Shown piece by piece: positions 1 through 11,796 of a DNA stretch of 64,000 nt. Below the pieces are notes generated by a model. The model did not search any database and was not told the DNA's origin. It was given only the letters and a program-made list of their open reading frames with translations. The position numbers and the translations under genes were made by a program. How positions within the stretch are numbered: position 1 is the stretch's first letter; each line of letters starts with the position of its first letter. Origin of the DNA: Takakia lepidozioides (lineage: Eukaryota; Plantae; Bryophyta); assembly GCA_030704615.1 (NCBI GenBank), contig CM060732.1:58590001-58654000 (forward strand), given 5' to 3'.

Positions 1-93
1 CCCCTCTACAGTGCGCTGCTGTCACCCCTAAGGCTCCTGTTGGTCTCAGTCTGTGCAAAAATTAAAGGTACCCTACAGATCCCGTATAAGTGT

Positions 94-621
94 CTAAGTC
101 CCCGACAGTCCTCTAACAGGCGGTTCCAATCCCGGTATCACCTCAATCTTGTGGTCAACTCCTCTTCGCGGTGGCAAGCCGCTTGGTAAATCCTCCGGCA
201 TCACATCCTGGTATTTCTCCAAAATCCCCTTGATCCAATCTGGGCTCGGCTCCCCATCGCCATCTCCCTTCACTTCTCTAATGTAGAGCAAAAACTGGGG
301 CTCGTGTGCCTCTTCCACGGCCCACTCTCTTGCTGACAGAAGGTTTATTCGCCCTCCCACGGGTTTGGGCGTTTCCGACACTCGTAAGACCTCGCCACCA
401 TTCCCACATGGCAGCGTGATTACTCTCTTGCGGCCATCTATGACCGCTCCGGATTTGCTCAAAAAGGTCATCCCCAAAATGAGATCCACTCCATCGATCT
501 CGCAGATGGTGAAGTTCTCACGTCCCTCCCAACTCCCCAGTTGAAGAGGAACATCAAACGCCAACCTTGTCGCCAATTGCGGTTCTCCTTTGGCAGAACG
601 CACCTCAATAGAGGCCCCCAC
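94..621 (-). pseudogene. Ty3/Gypsy pol fragment (aspartic protease C-terminal half to start of RT), inverted relative to the rest of the element
   Basis: Translation contains DLILGMTFL (retropepsin GM/LG motif) and LPSGLPPRRGVDHKIEVIPG, the typical Gypsy pre-RT segment. It lies on the opposite strand to the adjacent RH-INT. Confidence 0.8.
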
Positions 622-626
622 GTCAC

Positions 627-2334
627 TTGTCGGGGGTGGTGCACTGTCTTGAGCTTTGGCGCCACTATGTTGGTTCCAACCCAGTGAAGGTGTTCACGGA
701 CAATGTCACGGTGAAGTATTTTTCCACGCAGCCCAAGTTGTCCCCAAAACAACTTAGGTGGCAAGATACTTTGGCGGTGTTCGACGTGGATATCCAGTAC
801 AAACCGGGACGGGACAACGTGGTGGCCGATGCTTTAAGTAGAAAACAGCAGCTCATGTTGGTGTACAGGGGCGAGACGGCGCTCCAAAGGAAGATCCGGA
901 AGGCTTGACGGAATGATGAGCTGGCGAAGTCCGTGATGCAGGACTTGAGGATGGGGGTTAAATCGCAGTTCCACTTGCAAAATGGACTGCTCCGGTATAA
1001 GCAAAAGCGTCTCTACGTGCCGAAGGGAGGGATCAGAGATAGCCTCTTGAGAGAATGCCATGATAGCCCGCTTGCGGGCCACGGCGGAGCCAAGCGCACT
1101 GCGGCACTCTTGAAGAAAGAGTATTTCTGGCCTAAACTGAGGGAGGAGGCAGAGGAGTATGTCAAAACATGCACCACATGCCAACAAAACCGGAGCGAGT
1201 ACAAAAAGCAAGCGGGGCTGTTACAACCCTTGCCGATTCCAGAGGGGACTTGGGAAAGCGTCTCGATGGATTTCATGACTGCTATGCCGCTGTCAAAAAG
1301 ATTCGATGCAATCATGGTGGTGGTGGATAGGTTCAGTAAAATGGGTCATTTCATCCCCACCAAGGAGACGGCAACGGCGCAGGAAACAGGGCGACTTTAC
1401 TTCACCCACGTCTTAAAGCATCATGGAGTCCCGAAGGATATTGTCTTGGACCGTGATCCAAAATTTACGAGTAAATTTTGGATGGCACTTTGGAAGAAGA
1501 TGGGGACGAGGCTGAAGATGAGCACCGCCTTCCGACCTACGACCGACGGCCAAACGGAAAGAGTGAATTTCGTAGTGAAGCAGATCTTGCGGAATTACGT
1601 GTCGGCAGACCAAACAGACTGGGTGGAATACTTAGACGCGGCAGAGTTTTGTTATAATAACACAGAACACTCCGCAACGAGAGTTTCCCCTTTCGTATTG
1701 GTCTATGGAAAAGCACCTCTGGTGCCGACAAGTTGGGCCGCCCAGAACGTTGAGAAACCGGCAGTAGCGGCGGTACTGGAAGAACGCGAACGTTTGTTGA
1801 AGCTCGCAAAGTACAACATTGCCAAAGCTAGGAAACGGTATGAAAGGCAGGCAAATCGGAAGCAGAGGGAAGTGAAGTTTGAGGCAGGCACGGAGGTCTG
1901 GTTGAACATCAAGAATTTCCGACTACCTCCGGAAGTGAGTCCAAAGTTCGTACCTTCGTATGCGGGGACCCTTTCGCATCCGGAAGGTTATGAATGAGGA
2001 TAAGTATGAATTGGAGCTGCCGGCAAATAGCAAGGTGTATCCAGTATTCCACGTCTCCCTTTTGAAGCCTTACTTCAAAGATGAAGCGCGTCCGAATCGG
2101 CATCAAGTGTTGCGTCCGCCACCTGTGCTGTTGGATCATGAAAATGAACCTGAGCACGAGGTGGAGGCAGTATTTAAGTCGAGGAGGTTCAAGAACCGAG
2201 AAACGGAGTATCTCGTCAAATGGAAGGGCTATCATCATGTGGAGGCATCTTGGGTGCGTGCCTCAGAAATGAGAAACGCATCCGAGGCGGTTGCAGTTTT
2301 CGAAGGGCGACCTCAAAAGCGGAAGAAGCGTTGA
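627..2334 (+). pseudogene. Chromovirus (Ty3/Gypsy) pol 3' part: RNase H, integrase, chromodomain; broken by one stop and one frameshift
   Basis: RH motifs WRHY, TDN and YKPG..NVVADALSR. INT zinc finger HDSPLAGH..CTTC, core SMDF / DRDPKF / DGQTER, GPF(Y) motif. Chromodomain EVEAV...EYLVKWKGY...ASW. Confidence 0.92.
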
Positions 2335-2350
2335 TGGGGACATCAACCTT

Positions 2351-2901
2351 GGAGCGTGGGGGAGGAAATGCATGCTTAGCCCGGCTTAGCTAGCTTAGGA
2401 ATCCGATTGCAAAAACTAGTATTGTACAAAAATTTGTTATAAAAGAAATGGGTTCCAAATGTTGTGCGTCCTATTTTGTTTGGAATGGTGATGCATGGTG
2501 TGGTTGGCTAGTGTGTAGAATGCATGCTAGCTTACAAAAGTGGGAGAGGTAAATTGGGTTAATCGTGTATTTGCGCAGTGCCGAAATCGGGTGACTCCCA
2601 TCCAAGGGGCAAAGAAACTTACGCCTTCTTTAGGAGTTCACGTGCTAGTGCGCACCAGGCGCGTGCGCATACTATAACTGCGCTACCGAGGGGGTTGCCT
2701 TGTAGTGCGGGCTAACATGGAAGCTACATGCTTCCGTTCACGTACTATAATCGTGTAGCCTCGGGACGAAGTCGTAGTGCGGCTTCGGCGTGTTCCCGTA
2801 CCTTAGGCCAGCATTCCAAGGCGGACCCAATTGTACTGATTGGGGCGCGGGGTTGGTTCAAGGTTATCTTCCTAGTCAAAGAGGGTTCGAGGTGAACCCT
2901 T
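2351..2901 (+). repeat. Polypurine tract (2351-2368) and first part of the chromovirus 3' LTR, interrupted at 2901 by a nested element
   Basis: GGAGCGTGGGGGAGGAAA lies just after the pol stop and is followed by TG. The sequence presumably resumes at 13984 after the CCTT duplication. Confidence 0.6.
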
Positions 2902-3442
2902 TGTCGTGCGCATACGTATCGCTGCACAACTACATCGCTGTCCAAACTACACCACACATATATGCACAATAAAGTAGTCTACCACAATGATAGAAAACTA
3001 AATGACACACTGTTCACACAAGAAACATGAAAACCAACACCATCACTCTTTAAAATAGTAATCGAGCTAGGGGCACCCCAAGCTATGGGAACTCCACCCC
3101 ACAACAACCTATCCTCCCTTCATAAGCGTACTCAGCTTCTAAAGCATGAAGGAGCTCGGTCGCGCAGGCTCAACTCGAGAGAGATGAGCTGCGCGATTGA
3201 TGCTCTCGTGAAGATAAGATGGTTCAGGTGTCAAGCTCAAACTTGACACCTGACTTAACACTTGAACTAAATCCAAGTGTTAAATACAAATAACTAGTTT
3301 TATTCTAGTTAGTTTCACACTGTGTTTATTTATCTCGACAGCTGTCGTGCGCATACGTATCGCTACACAACTACATCGTTGTCCAAACTACACCATACAT
3401 ATATGCACAATAAAGTAGTCTACCACAATCGCCCCCCTAGCT
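2902..3442 (-). repeat. 3' terminus of copy 1: PPT (3428-3442), A (3343-3427), gc, B (2988-3340), t, A (2902-2986)
   Basis: Two near-identical 85-bp A repeats flank a 353-bp B repeat. AGCTAGGGGGGCGAT immediately precedes the inner A on the minus strand. Confidence 0.92.
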
Positions 3443-3687
3443 GGTGGAAAGGTCCCTCTAACTCCAGATAGCTACAAGATGTAATAGCCACAGCCGTACT
3501 AAGTCCCCTATCACTGTCCCTGTTGTACTCAAACTCTGTAGACCAAGAGGCCGGATACAAGAGTAGCCCCATCGTTAGTCGTCGTCTTACAATCTGTGAA
3601 CTTGAGCCAGGATATCGTGTGTTCAAGGTCTCATAGTAGCTTGGCCTTGCGTTTCTTGTTAGCCTTCCATGGTTGTATCCACTCCCA

Positions 3688-5040
3688 CTATCCAATGCAA
3701 TGTGGACATAACCAATCCCCATCCGGAACCATCTCAAGAGGTGGAGTCAAGCATCCCATATGCCAACCTCTAGAGCATCGATCACACACCAGCATGGTGG
3801 CTGCCCCTTAGCAGACCCACACAACATGCACCTCAAACTTGTAGATACCACTGCCAGGTTTGGGTCAATCCTGCCATCGACATTCGGAAGGTGACATGGC
3901 GCACAATTACGCACATGGTCCTTCCAAGTTATGCCATCCCGACCCTCCAAGATCAAGACGCCTGAGGGCAAGACCTCTCGAACCCTCAAAATAACACGTC
4001 CTGCAGTCACATCCAAGGTCGTAGGAGCAGTCTGCTGCAGATAGACATAGTCACCAGGGTTGAATCTCCGAACCCCGGGACGATAGCCTCCACCACGTAT
4101 GGTAGCATACCTCAACGTATCACGATGTTGTGCAATGGCAAGGTTCTCGAAAGCCATGGGCATGATTTTCTTGAACAACTCTGCACGCTGATCACATGCA
4201 CGTGCCCACACGTCCGGATCGTCGAGGTTAAGAACTGTAGCAGCTTCTCTACGAATGGATGTAGGCAAATCCGGCTCTCGGCCAAAGAGAAGAAGGTATG
4301 GTGAGAAGGAGGCAAGTGATGCTTGCTTGCTGAACCTGTAGCCCATGGCTAACCAGGGTAATTGAAGGTCCCAATCTCCTAGGTGTCCCTTCTGCAAGCC
4401 ATACTTGCGCAAACCCCTCTTTACTGTCTGAACAACTCTCTCTGCCAAGCCATCGGCCTCAGGATGATCTCGAGAAGTGGTACGGTGGTCTATCAAGGCC
4501 TTGTCACACAAAGCCTGAAACTCCCCCAAGAACTCTCTCCCTTGGTCCGTGAGTACCTCAGCTGGAGCACCGAAGCGGCTAAGTACACAATCTAAGAACG
4601 CATACGCAGCTCTCTCACTAGCCTTATCAGGCAACAAAACCAACTCGATCCACTTGGAGAAGTGCTCCACCATCACCAAAACGTACTTGTTGTGATGCAT
4701 GGTCAGTGACAACGGCCCTGCAAAGTCAAGACTCCACCTGTAGCCCAATCCCATGATCGGAAGAGGGTGCAATTGTGGAGTAGGGGCGTTGAATGAAGCA
4801 CGCACCCTGTCACACACCATGCACCTAGCCACAAATTGTTGCACCTCTATGTGCATATCACGCCACCAATACTGCCCCTGCAGTAGACTATGAGTGCGTC
4901 GCACCCCAAAATGCCCCAACTCCTCATGGGCATGCCGCACTAACCGTGCCCGCTGTGTTGCGTGAGGCACAATCCTCACTTGACCATCCTCCCACACTTG
5001 GAGCAGGTGTGTCCCCTCCCACTTGAACCTCTTGGCTTGT
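3688..5040 (-). pseudogene. Integrase with C-terminal PHD finger (copy 1), one frameshift near 3810
   Basis: HEELGHFG..CMVC zinc finger and core WSLDF / TDQGREF / GLAER. After the frameshift it reads CMLC...MLVCDRCSRGWHMGCLTPPLEMVPDGDWLCPHC (C4HC3). Confidence 0.9.
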
Positions 5041-6760
5041 TATATGATCCGATCCCTCTCCTTGGCAGTCACAGTGGCTGCCGTGTCTCCAGTGCGGAGA
5101 TAGTCCAACACAGCTGAATCCTTATGTATATCTTTGGCGCCACCCTGCTCATTGTTGGCCTCAGGGTCCTCAGACACTTGATCTACAGTCATCCCTGTTG
5201 CAGGTCCAACCTGGCCTTCCGCTGCCAAGATACACAGAAATGCAGATGCATGCCATCCGGGCACCATCTCCTCGTCCGTCTCACCATGCCACCGAGCTCC
5301 AGTGTCATCCTGCTGGCTCGTGCATGGATTGCGACGCAACCCATCTGCATCCCGATTGACCAAACCCGGTTGATGCACCACCTGAAAGTCATACTCTTGA
5401 AGGATGAGTGCCCACCGTGCAAGCTTCCCCGTAAGCTTGTCCGACTCCATCAACCACTTGAGTGGTTGGTGATCCGTGACAAGGGTGAAGAGATTGCCGT
5501 ATAGATAGCACCTGAAGTGTGCCACGGCCCACACTGCAGCTAAGCATTCTCCCTCATATGAGCTATACTTAGACTCTGCAGCGTTGTTCGAGCGGCTAGC
5601 ATAAGCCACTACGAACTCTCTTCCCTCATCATCCACCTGTGTGAGCACCGCTCCAAGCCCCATCATGCTCCAATCTGTATGCAGCTGAAAAGGACGCCCC
5701 CTGATAGGTCGTCTCAAGATGGGCGCCGAGGTCAACCTTGCCTTGAGCTCTTGAAAAGCTTGTTCCTACTCGTCTTCCCACTGCCACTCCTGGTCCACCT
5801 TGGTCAGTTTGGTTAGAGCCTTTGCAATGGCACTAAATCCCTTAACAAACCGTCTATAATAGTTTGCTAACCCCATGAAAGCTCGAACTCGGCTCACATC
5901 CGTGGGGCATGGAATCTGTGCAATGGACTCTACCTTAGTCTGCTGTACCCCCAATCCTCCAGGATATATCGTGTGACCCAGATACTCAATCTGGTTGTGG
6001 AAAAACTTGCACTTTCCCGGATGTAACTTCAATCCGTGCACCCTCAAGCGCTCAAATACCACCTGAAGGTGTCTCTCATGCTCCTCCACCGTAGCACTAA
6101 AGATGATGATGTCATCTATGTAGCACCGAGCAAACTCCACCCCTGCTAGAATCTTGTTCATGACTCTTTGAAACTTTGCAGGAGCGTTCTTAAGCCCAAA
6201 TGGTAAGAACCGCCACTGGTATAGGCAATCCTTCCCGTGCTCATTGATCCCCCAGAATGCCGTCTTCTGCTTATCCGCCTCCTTGATCGGCAACTGGTGA
6301 TATCCGGATCGTAAATCCAAAGTGCTAAAGACCTTGGCATGCCCAATGGCATCAAAGATATCCTCTGGTGTCGGCATGGCATACCTATCGGACTTGGTCT
6401 GACGATTTACAGGCCGGTAATCACCGCGCATACGTCTCTCCGTCCAATTGCCATAGACATCCTTCTTGGCTGACATCACTGTGGCTGAAGCATACTCTCC
6501 CCCAAATAGCTCTACCAAACCAGCCTCCCAAAGGTCCTGAGTTCTCATCTGAATCAAGGACCTCTCCATGTCACTGTATCTATAGGGTCTCCGAAAGATT
6601 GGCGTGTCAGTAGCCAATTCAATGCGAATCTCTTGACCCTTCAGTGCTCCTAAGTCCTTCAAACTGAAGGCAAAGCAGTTCTTGTAAGCCCTCAAGAACC
6701 GCCGTATACGTCGTCTCTCTCCTCCGGTGATTATAGGTCCAACATCAGGCTCCCAGTTGT
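5040..6760 (-). pseudogene. Reverse transcriptase and RNase H (copy 1), with in-frame stops
   Basis: RT motifs DYRPVN, LDLRSGYHQ, PFGLKNAP and YIDD. RH motifs LHTDWS, YEGECLA, TDHQPL and DADGL. Confidence 0.95.
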
Positions 6761-7099
6761 CCTCCGTGACTGCAACCTTGAGTCCAGCAGGCTTAGAGGT
6801 AGAGGACGCGTCCTGTGGTTGCTATGCTGCAACCTCTTGAGCAGTGACCACTGCCTCCTCTGTCAGTGACAATGTCTCATCCTGCCCCATCATCCCATTC
6901 TTGAGGATCTCCTCAATCCGAGAAAAATCCCCAACCTAATCCATCACCGCCGCCTTGGCTGCCAACTCCTTCTGAACCTCGAGCACCTCCTACGTGTGCC
7001 ATGGATGCGGCTTGCACCTCGTGGTCCTCACCTGCTCGCCCCCACTTGCTGCATGTACCGTCTCGGTAGGCAAGGAGACCATGAAGGGAAGTGTACTCC

Positions 7100-7895
7100 G
7101 TACTCTGCGCTGCTCGGCCATAGCCAAGCTGATAATCCAGGTCAAGCAATTGAGATCCATTGCTTGCCCCAACACCTGACGACGTGATGCCTCAGAAAGA
7201 GATGGCACCGCCATGGTACCAGTGGTAAAACCCATTGCCCGCTCGCGCTCGTCAGCATTGGGTTCCACTAATTGTTGCAACTGGCTATCCCACAAGAGGC
7301 CAGGTCCACCATCCCGAAAAGCATGGGATCTTGGGAAACTGAGCAGTGTAGGTAATGCTGCTCGTGGTTGACCCACCCTGTTGACCACTGCCAAAGGCGA
7401 ACGGTCATCGTGTCTCACACGTTGAGACTGCCTCCCTGTGTCCAAAATGCTATCCACTGTGAGGTGTGCTGGCCGCTACACCCCATCAAATGCACGCTTG
7501 AGCAGTGCGGGTGGCCTCAAATTAGTCCACCATAGCCGTGGACGATGAGCCCGTGACCCCACTGCAGCTGCATCCAGCAACATTGCTGACCCAAGCCACG
7601 ACCGGACTTGATGCACACTGGCCATCACCCTGGCCCAAGAATCACCCATCAGTGGCACATTCTCCAAGATGTATGATGGAGATACAGCTTGATGAAGCTG
7701 CAAGTGGCGCAAAACCCGCACCATCTCCCAAAACAGACCCGTCCTTGAGTCTCGCAATCCATTGCCATGCCCGGCTGATGAATGCCCTTGGCAGGGCCAA
7801 CCTGCCACTACCAGATCAATGCAGCCAACCTGCTCCAAATCCTGCGCCCCCAGCAACGAAATGTCTGCTGACAAGGCTTGTTGGTATCCACTCAG
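7100..7895 (-). pseudogene. DNMT3-like C5 cytosine methyltransferase domain inside pol (copy 1); motifs I-II deleted
   Basis: Motifs DLVVAGWPCQGHS (IV), ILENV (VI), AHRPRLWWTNL (VIII), ERERAMGF (IX) and RRQVLGQAMD (X). Confidence 0.88.
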
Positions 7896-7899
7896 TACT

Positions 7900-8100
7900 C
7901 ACGCCGTGTCATGCCCCGAGCCTGCTCTGATCCTCCCAGAGATGTATGTATCTGGAAAGGACAAGGCTCCATATCCGCCTCCATGAGGCCCAAACCTGCA
8001 ATAGCAGCTCTGCCCAACATCAGTGGCTGAGCTCCCGAGTCCAACAAGACCCGCAGTGGCCGGTACTTCTTGCCTGCCGATCCACTCAAAGAGAAAATGT
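7900..8100 (-). pseudogene. Retroviral-type aspartic protease, C-terminally deleted (copy 1)
   Basis: RVLLDSGAQP active-site motif. Confidence 0.8.
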
Positions 8101-8104
8101 CATC

Positions 8105-10270
8105 CTAGTTGTCTAACAAGACAACTCCAGGTGTCACCATGGCGCGCTCAAAGGCTGGCATAGCTGACAGCTCCGTCAACCTGGCAGCTGCAGCTTGCCA
8201 TGGCGCAGCTGTGGCAGTCTTGACCCTCAAATCCGAGGATCCCTCTGCCACTACATCTTCCAGTAACTCCACAGAAGATGAAGTGACCTCCCCACTCTCA
8301 CAGAGTGTTGCTGCTAGTCTGAACACTACAGCTGGTCTTACCCCCGGCGTCGCAATCATGGTTGCCGAGAACAGTGGGGCTTGACACACAGAGGTGGCTG
8401 CCCCCAATAATACACCGGCTGCACTAGCCTTAGTAGCAGGTGTCAGTGATGCACGTGTAGCTCTCCCCAATGGCATAGTAACCTCCGCCTCGGTAACAGT
8501 CGGGTGAGAACTAGGTGCCATGGATGGCGTCGACACTGTCTCCGCCAATGTGAATGACTGAGGAAGCCTCGCCTGACGGCTTGCCTCCCTACGCTGTGGA
8601 TCCAATTCCACCTCTGCACCTCGTGGCTCAGGAACTTGTGGTGCTCCTCGAGTCACGGTTGCAGCAGACTCCACCTGCTCTAGTGGTAGTGCTACTCCGC
8701 ACATGAATCCCATCCCTCCGATATCTCCTCCCTCAGGAGCAGGAGGTGGACCATCCCGCCTGGGAGCCGGTACCACCTGAGCTGTAACCATGGCAGCGAG
8801 CCTCTGCTCTAGCTGCTGAAGCCGGTTGGCCATGCCTTGGTCAACACCCTGACCTCCGCGTCCTTGGCCATGTTGAGCTTGCCCTTGGCCTGCACCTCAT
8901 GCTTGGCCACCTCGTCCTCTCTGGGCTGGTCCACCTCGTCCCCGGCCACCATTGTTCCCTTGGAACTGGCCTGGGCGCAACTCAGGATGCAAGTCATAAC
9001 ACTGGGCATTTCCATGCCCATACTTGCCACAATGCCCACACTGCAACTGTGGAGGCTGTGCTTGTGCCGGCCTTTTACCACTCTCTAGGCAATCTCTCTT
9101 GACATGGGGGCCTCCACATGTCCAACATATCACCCCTGGTTGTTGTTGGCTTGCAAAAGATGCTACTGGCCCCTGCACCTGAGGTCCCCTATAAGCTCCA
9201 TGAAATTTGGGTTGGGAAACCTTGCCCCCCTGACCACGCTGTTGGGCAGTCCCTTGTGCCTGTGGGCTAGCAGCTGCGCCTCGTGCAGGCATGTCTTTGC
9301 CAAATCCAATGGTAACAACTCGCTCCTCCACCATGTTGAGCTCAATCCGCTCAGCCAGCAGAAACACATCTGCTAATGTGGGTTGGGCTGCTTGTAACAG
9401 GGTTGCATCCCGCACCCTTCTCCTGAGCTCCTTGTCCAAAATTCCATACCAGAATTGGATTGCCTGAGCATCAATAACCCCTTGGGTCACACTTATCAAG
9501 CGCCTCATACGAGTATAGGCCTCTCGCAAGCTCTCACTGGGTTTGCGCTGGAAGTCTTGCAAACTTCGCAGCTTCTCTGTCCGTACACCTTGGTAGTTCC
9601 TCCGCAACTCCACCACCGGGTTGAATCTAGGCACATGTGTTGTAGTCGTGGCAGGGGGAGTAGTAGCACCTTTTGAACTGGTACCACCTGCAGAAGTACC
9701 GGCACTACTTGTTCCACTACTAGTGCTGGCAGTGGGAGATATTGGTACTGATGCAGCTACTAGTCGCGTCGTGCCTCAAGTAATGGAGACGTAATCAGGT
9801 GACCAATACATCCTCCACTCCTCAATCTCTGCTTCATGTCCTCGCCTGAACTCGTGGTAATCGTCCATAGGCAGGCCTTCCAAATGCTGGAACAGTCCCT
9901 TCCACGCCATGAATGGGATGAATAGCTGTGGATTGCGCATCTACTGCAAATCACACCAGCTGTCGAACTCCTGGATAAAGTCATCCAACTCGATTGTGCC
10001 CACAGCTCCAGAGTACCTACGAGGCCCCTTGGTAGCTCCATACATCTCCTCCATGTCGTCCCACAACAATGGCGAATGAAACTGCACACCTGTTGATGAA
10101 GCCTCCGAGTCTGTGTCTGACTCTGCATTAGTTGAGGGTGGAGGTGAAGGTGGTCTGAAACGAACACCTCGTCTGGTGAACCCATTCTCATTGCTACTGC
10201 ATGTAGCCGTACTCCCCTCAGAACCCCTGGGTAACTCCGTGATGATACTCACAATGTGCACCTCCCCCAT
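8105..10270 (-). pseudogene. gag (copy 1), frameshifted, with two zinc knuckles
   Basis: Gag-like segments YSG..ELDDFIQEFDSWC and FQRKPSESLREAYTRMRRL. Knuckles CWTCGGPHVKRDC and CGHCGKYGHGNAQC. Confidence 0.8.
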
Positions 10271-10826
10271 GTGACACTATAAGGCTCTAGTACTAATTCT
10301 AATAGTGACACGGGTTGGCACCTGTTGCAGTTTAAGGGTCATATCCCAGTGGCTCAGGGCACCTGCACCTGCATCCACCGCAAGAACTCCTATGGTTGGC
10401 TGGTCATCAACCCAGTCTCACCATAGAAGAAACACGGGTGGTCTTGCTAGTCATCACTCCAGCCTCACCACCGACAACATACTCTAGGATTGACCGCTGA
10501 TCAAATCCGGCCTAATCCCTATGAAAGCAAGCGCCCACACAAAACCAACATGGCGCACAGTCAAGCATGTAGGTGTTGGGGGAGATCCAAACACAAGAAA
10601 TCAAAACATCAACACCCCCACACCAAAATCCATCTACAGTGCCGATCCTACAGAATATCCCAGCCCAAAACCCCGGACTGACTGGCCTCCACCAAGAGAG
10701 GCTTCGGCAACTACAAGTACAAAGTAATGGAAATAGTAAAGAGAGGGAGGGGAAGAATAGAAGCTTGACCAAGCAAGATCTAATCCTGATCTATGCTATC
10801 AACTGCCAGACTTCTCTCAAAGTGCC

Positions 10827-11540
10827 TCACTCTGCATGATGGTAAGGTATAGGAGGTATATCTATGTCCAGAAACCTGCCACTAAACTTGTCCCAAGCTA
10901 CAGTAGCTCGCTCTAACCAACCCTCCTCCTCTTTCTGCCAGGTAGAGACAAAGCAATACTCCCCTATCTCCCGCTCACTGAACACTAAAGAAAATAAAGG
11001 TAGGGTCTGATAGTCTCTCAACTCGAAAGCTTTGAGACGGTTGCGGGTGTCCTCATTGCGAATGACTGCATCTCCTTCAAGCAGAACAAACTTATCATTG
11101 CTAATAAACCCCCGCTCGTGGTTGCCTTGTGCAGAGTGTGTCTGACTGCAACCATGTCTGATTGCACAAACTTGTGTAGCTCCTGCCCCTCTGCTCCAGT
11201 ATACCACGGCCTTGTGGCTGAACACCTTGGTCCCCGGGGCTGTCTTTGGCTGTGTTCCAAGCCTAGCTTTCACCCACTTTGGTATTTCACCTACAGCTGC
11301 AGAACTGCTGGCTCCAACAGAATTCTGACTGTCCAAAGCAATATTGAGGCCCTCAACGCCAACTACAGCAGTTTGTTGTCTACTGCTAATGCCTGACTCC
11401 CAGTATGCAATCAACTCGTCCAATTGTTCTCCACTCAAATCTGTCTGAGCTCCTTGGGAAACATAAATCTTGTCCCCTTGTGTGCACAGGCTAAGAGAAG
11501 AGACCGGCCCTTCAATTACGTCCTCATTTCCTCCAGCCAT
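10827..11540 (-). CDS. Hypothetical 237-aa accessory ORF upstream of gag inside copy 1
   Basis: Uninterrupted ATG-to-stop ORF on the element's sense strand with protein-like composition. No recognisable domain. Confidence 0.45.
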   Translation of the reverse strand: MAGGNEDVIEGPVSSLSLCTQGDKIYVSQGAQTDLSGEQLDELIAYWESGISSRQQTAVVGVEGLNIALDSQNSVGASSSAAVGEIPKWVKARLGTQPKTAPGTKVFSHKAVVYWSRGAGATQVCAIRHGCSQTHSAQGNHERGFISNDKFVLLEGDAVIRNEDTRNRLKAFELRDYQTLPLFSLVFSEREIGEYCFVSTWQKEEEGWLERATVAWDKFSGRFLDIDIPPIPYHHAE

Positions 11541-11796
11541 ACAAGGAGGACATCCACAGATTTGTCTCTCATATAGACCAGAACAGGTTCTAGAAACAGA
11601 ATTGTAGATCTTTCATGGCACACTCACACTCTAAAAATTCCATAGATTTTTAGCAGAGTCCAAAAAACTAAAACCAGGTTGAGATAGGTAGATTTCCCCT
11701 TTCTGCAGCTACCCCCGCAAAAACTGTACCAAACGGAGCTCATATGACAAAGATATGACCAATTAGGCTCTAAATCATTCGAATTAGATCAAAAGG

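Noticed and set aside
2902-3442. DIRS/Ngaro element suggested by split direct repeats
   Set aside because: The element encodes a DDE integrase and protease, has a PPT and a TSD, and no tyrosine recombinase is visible.
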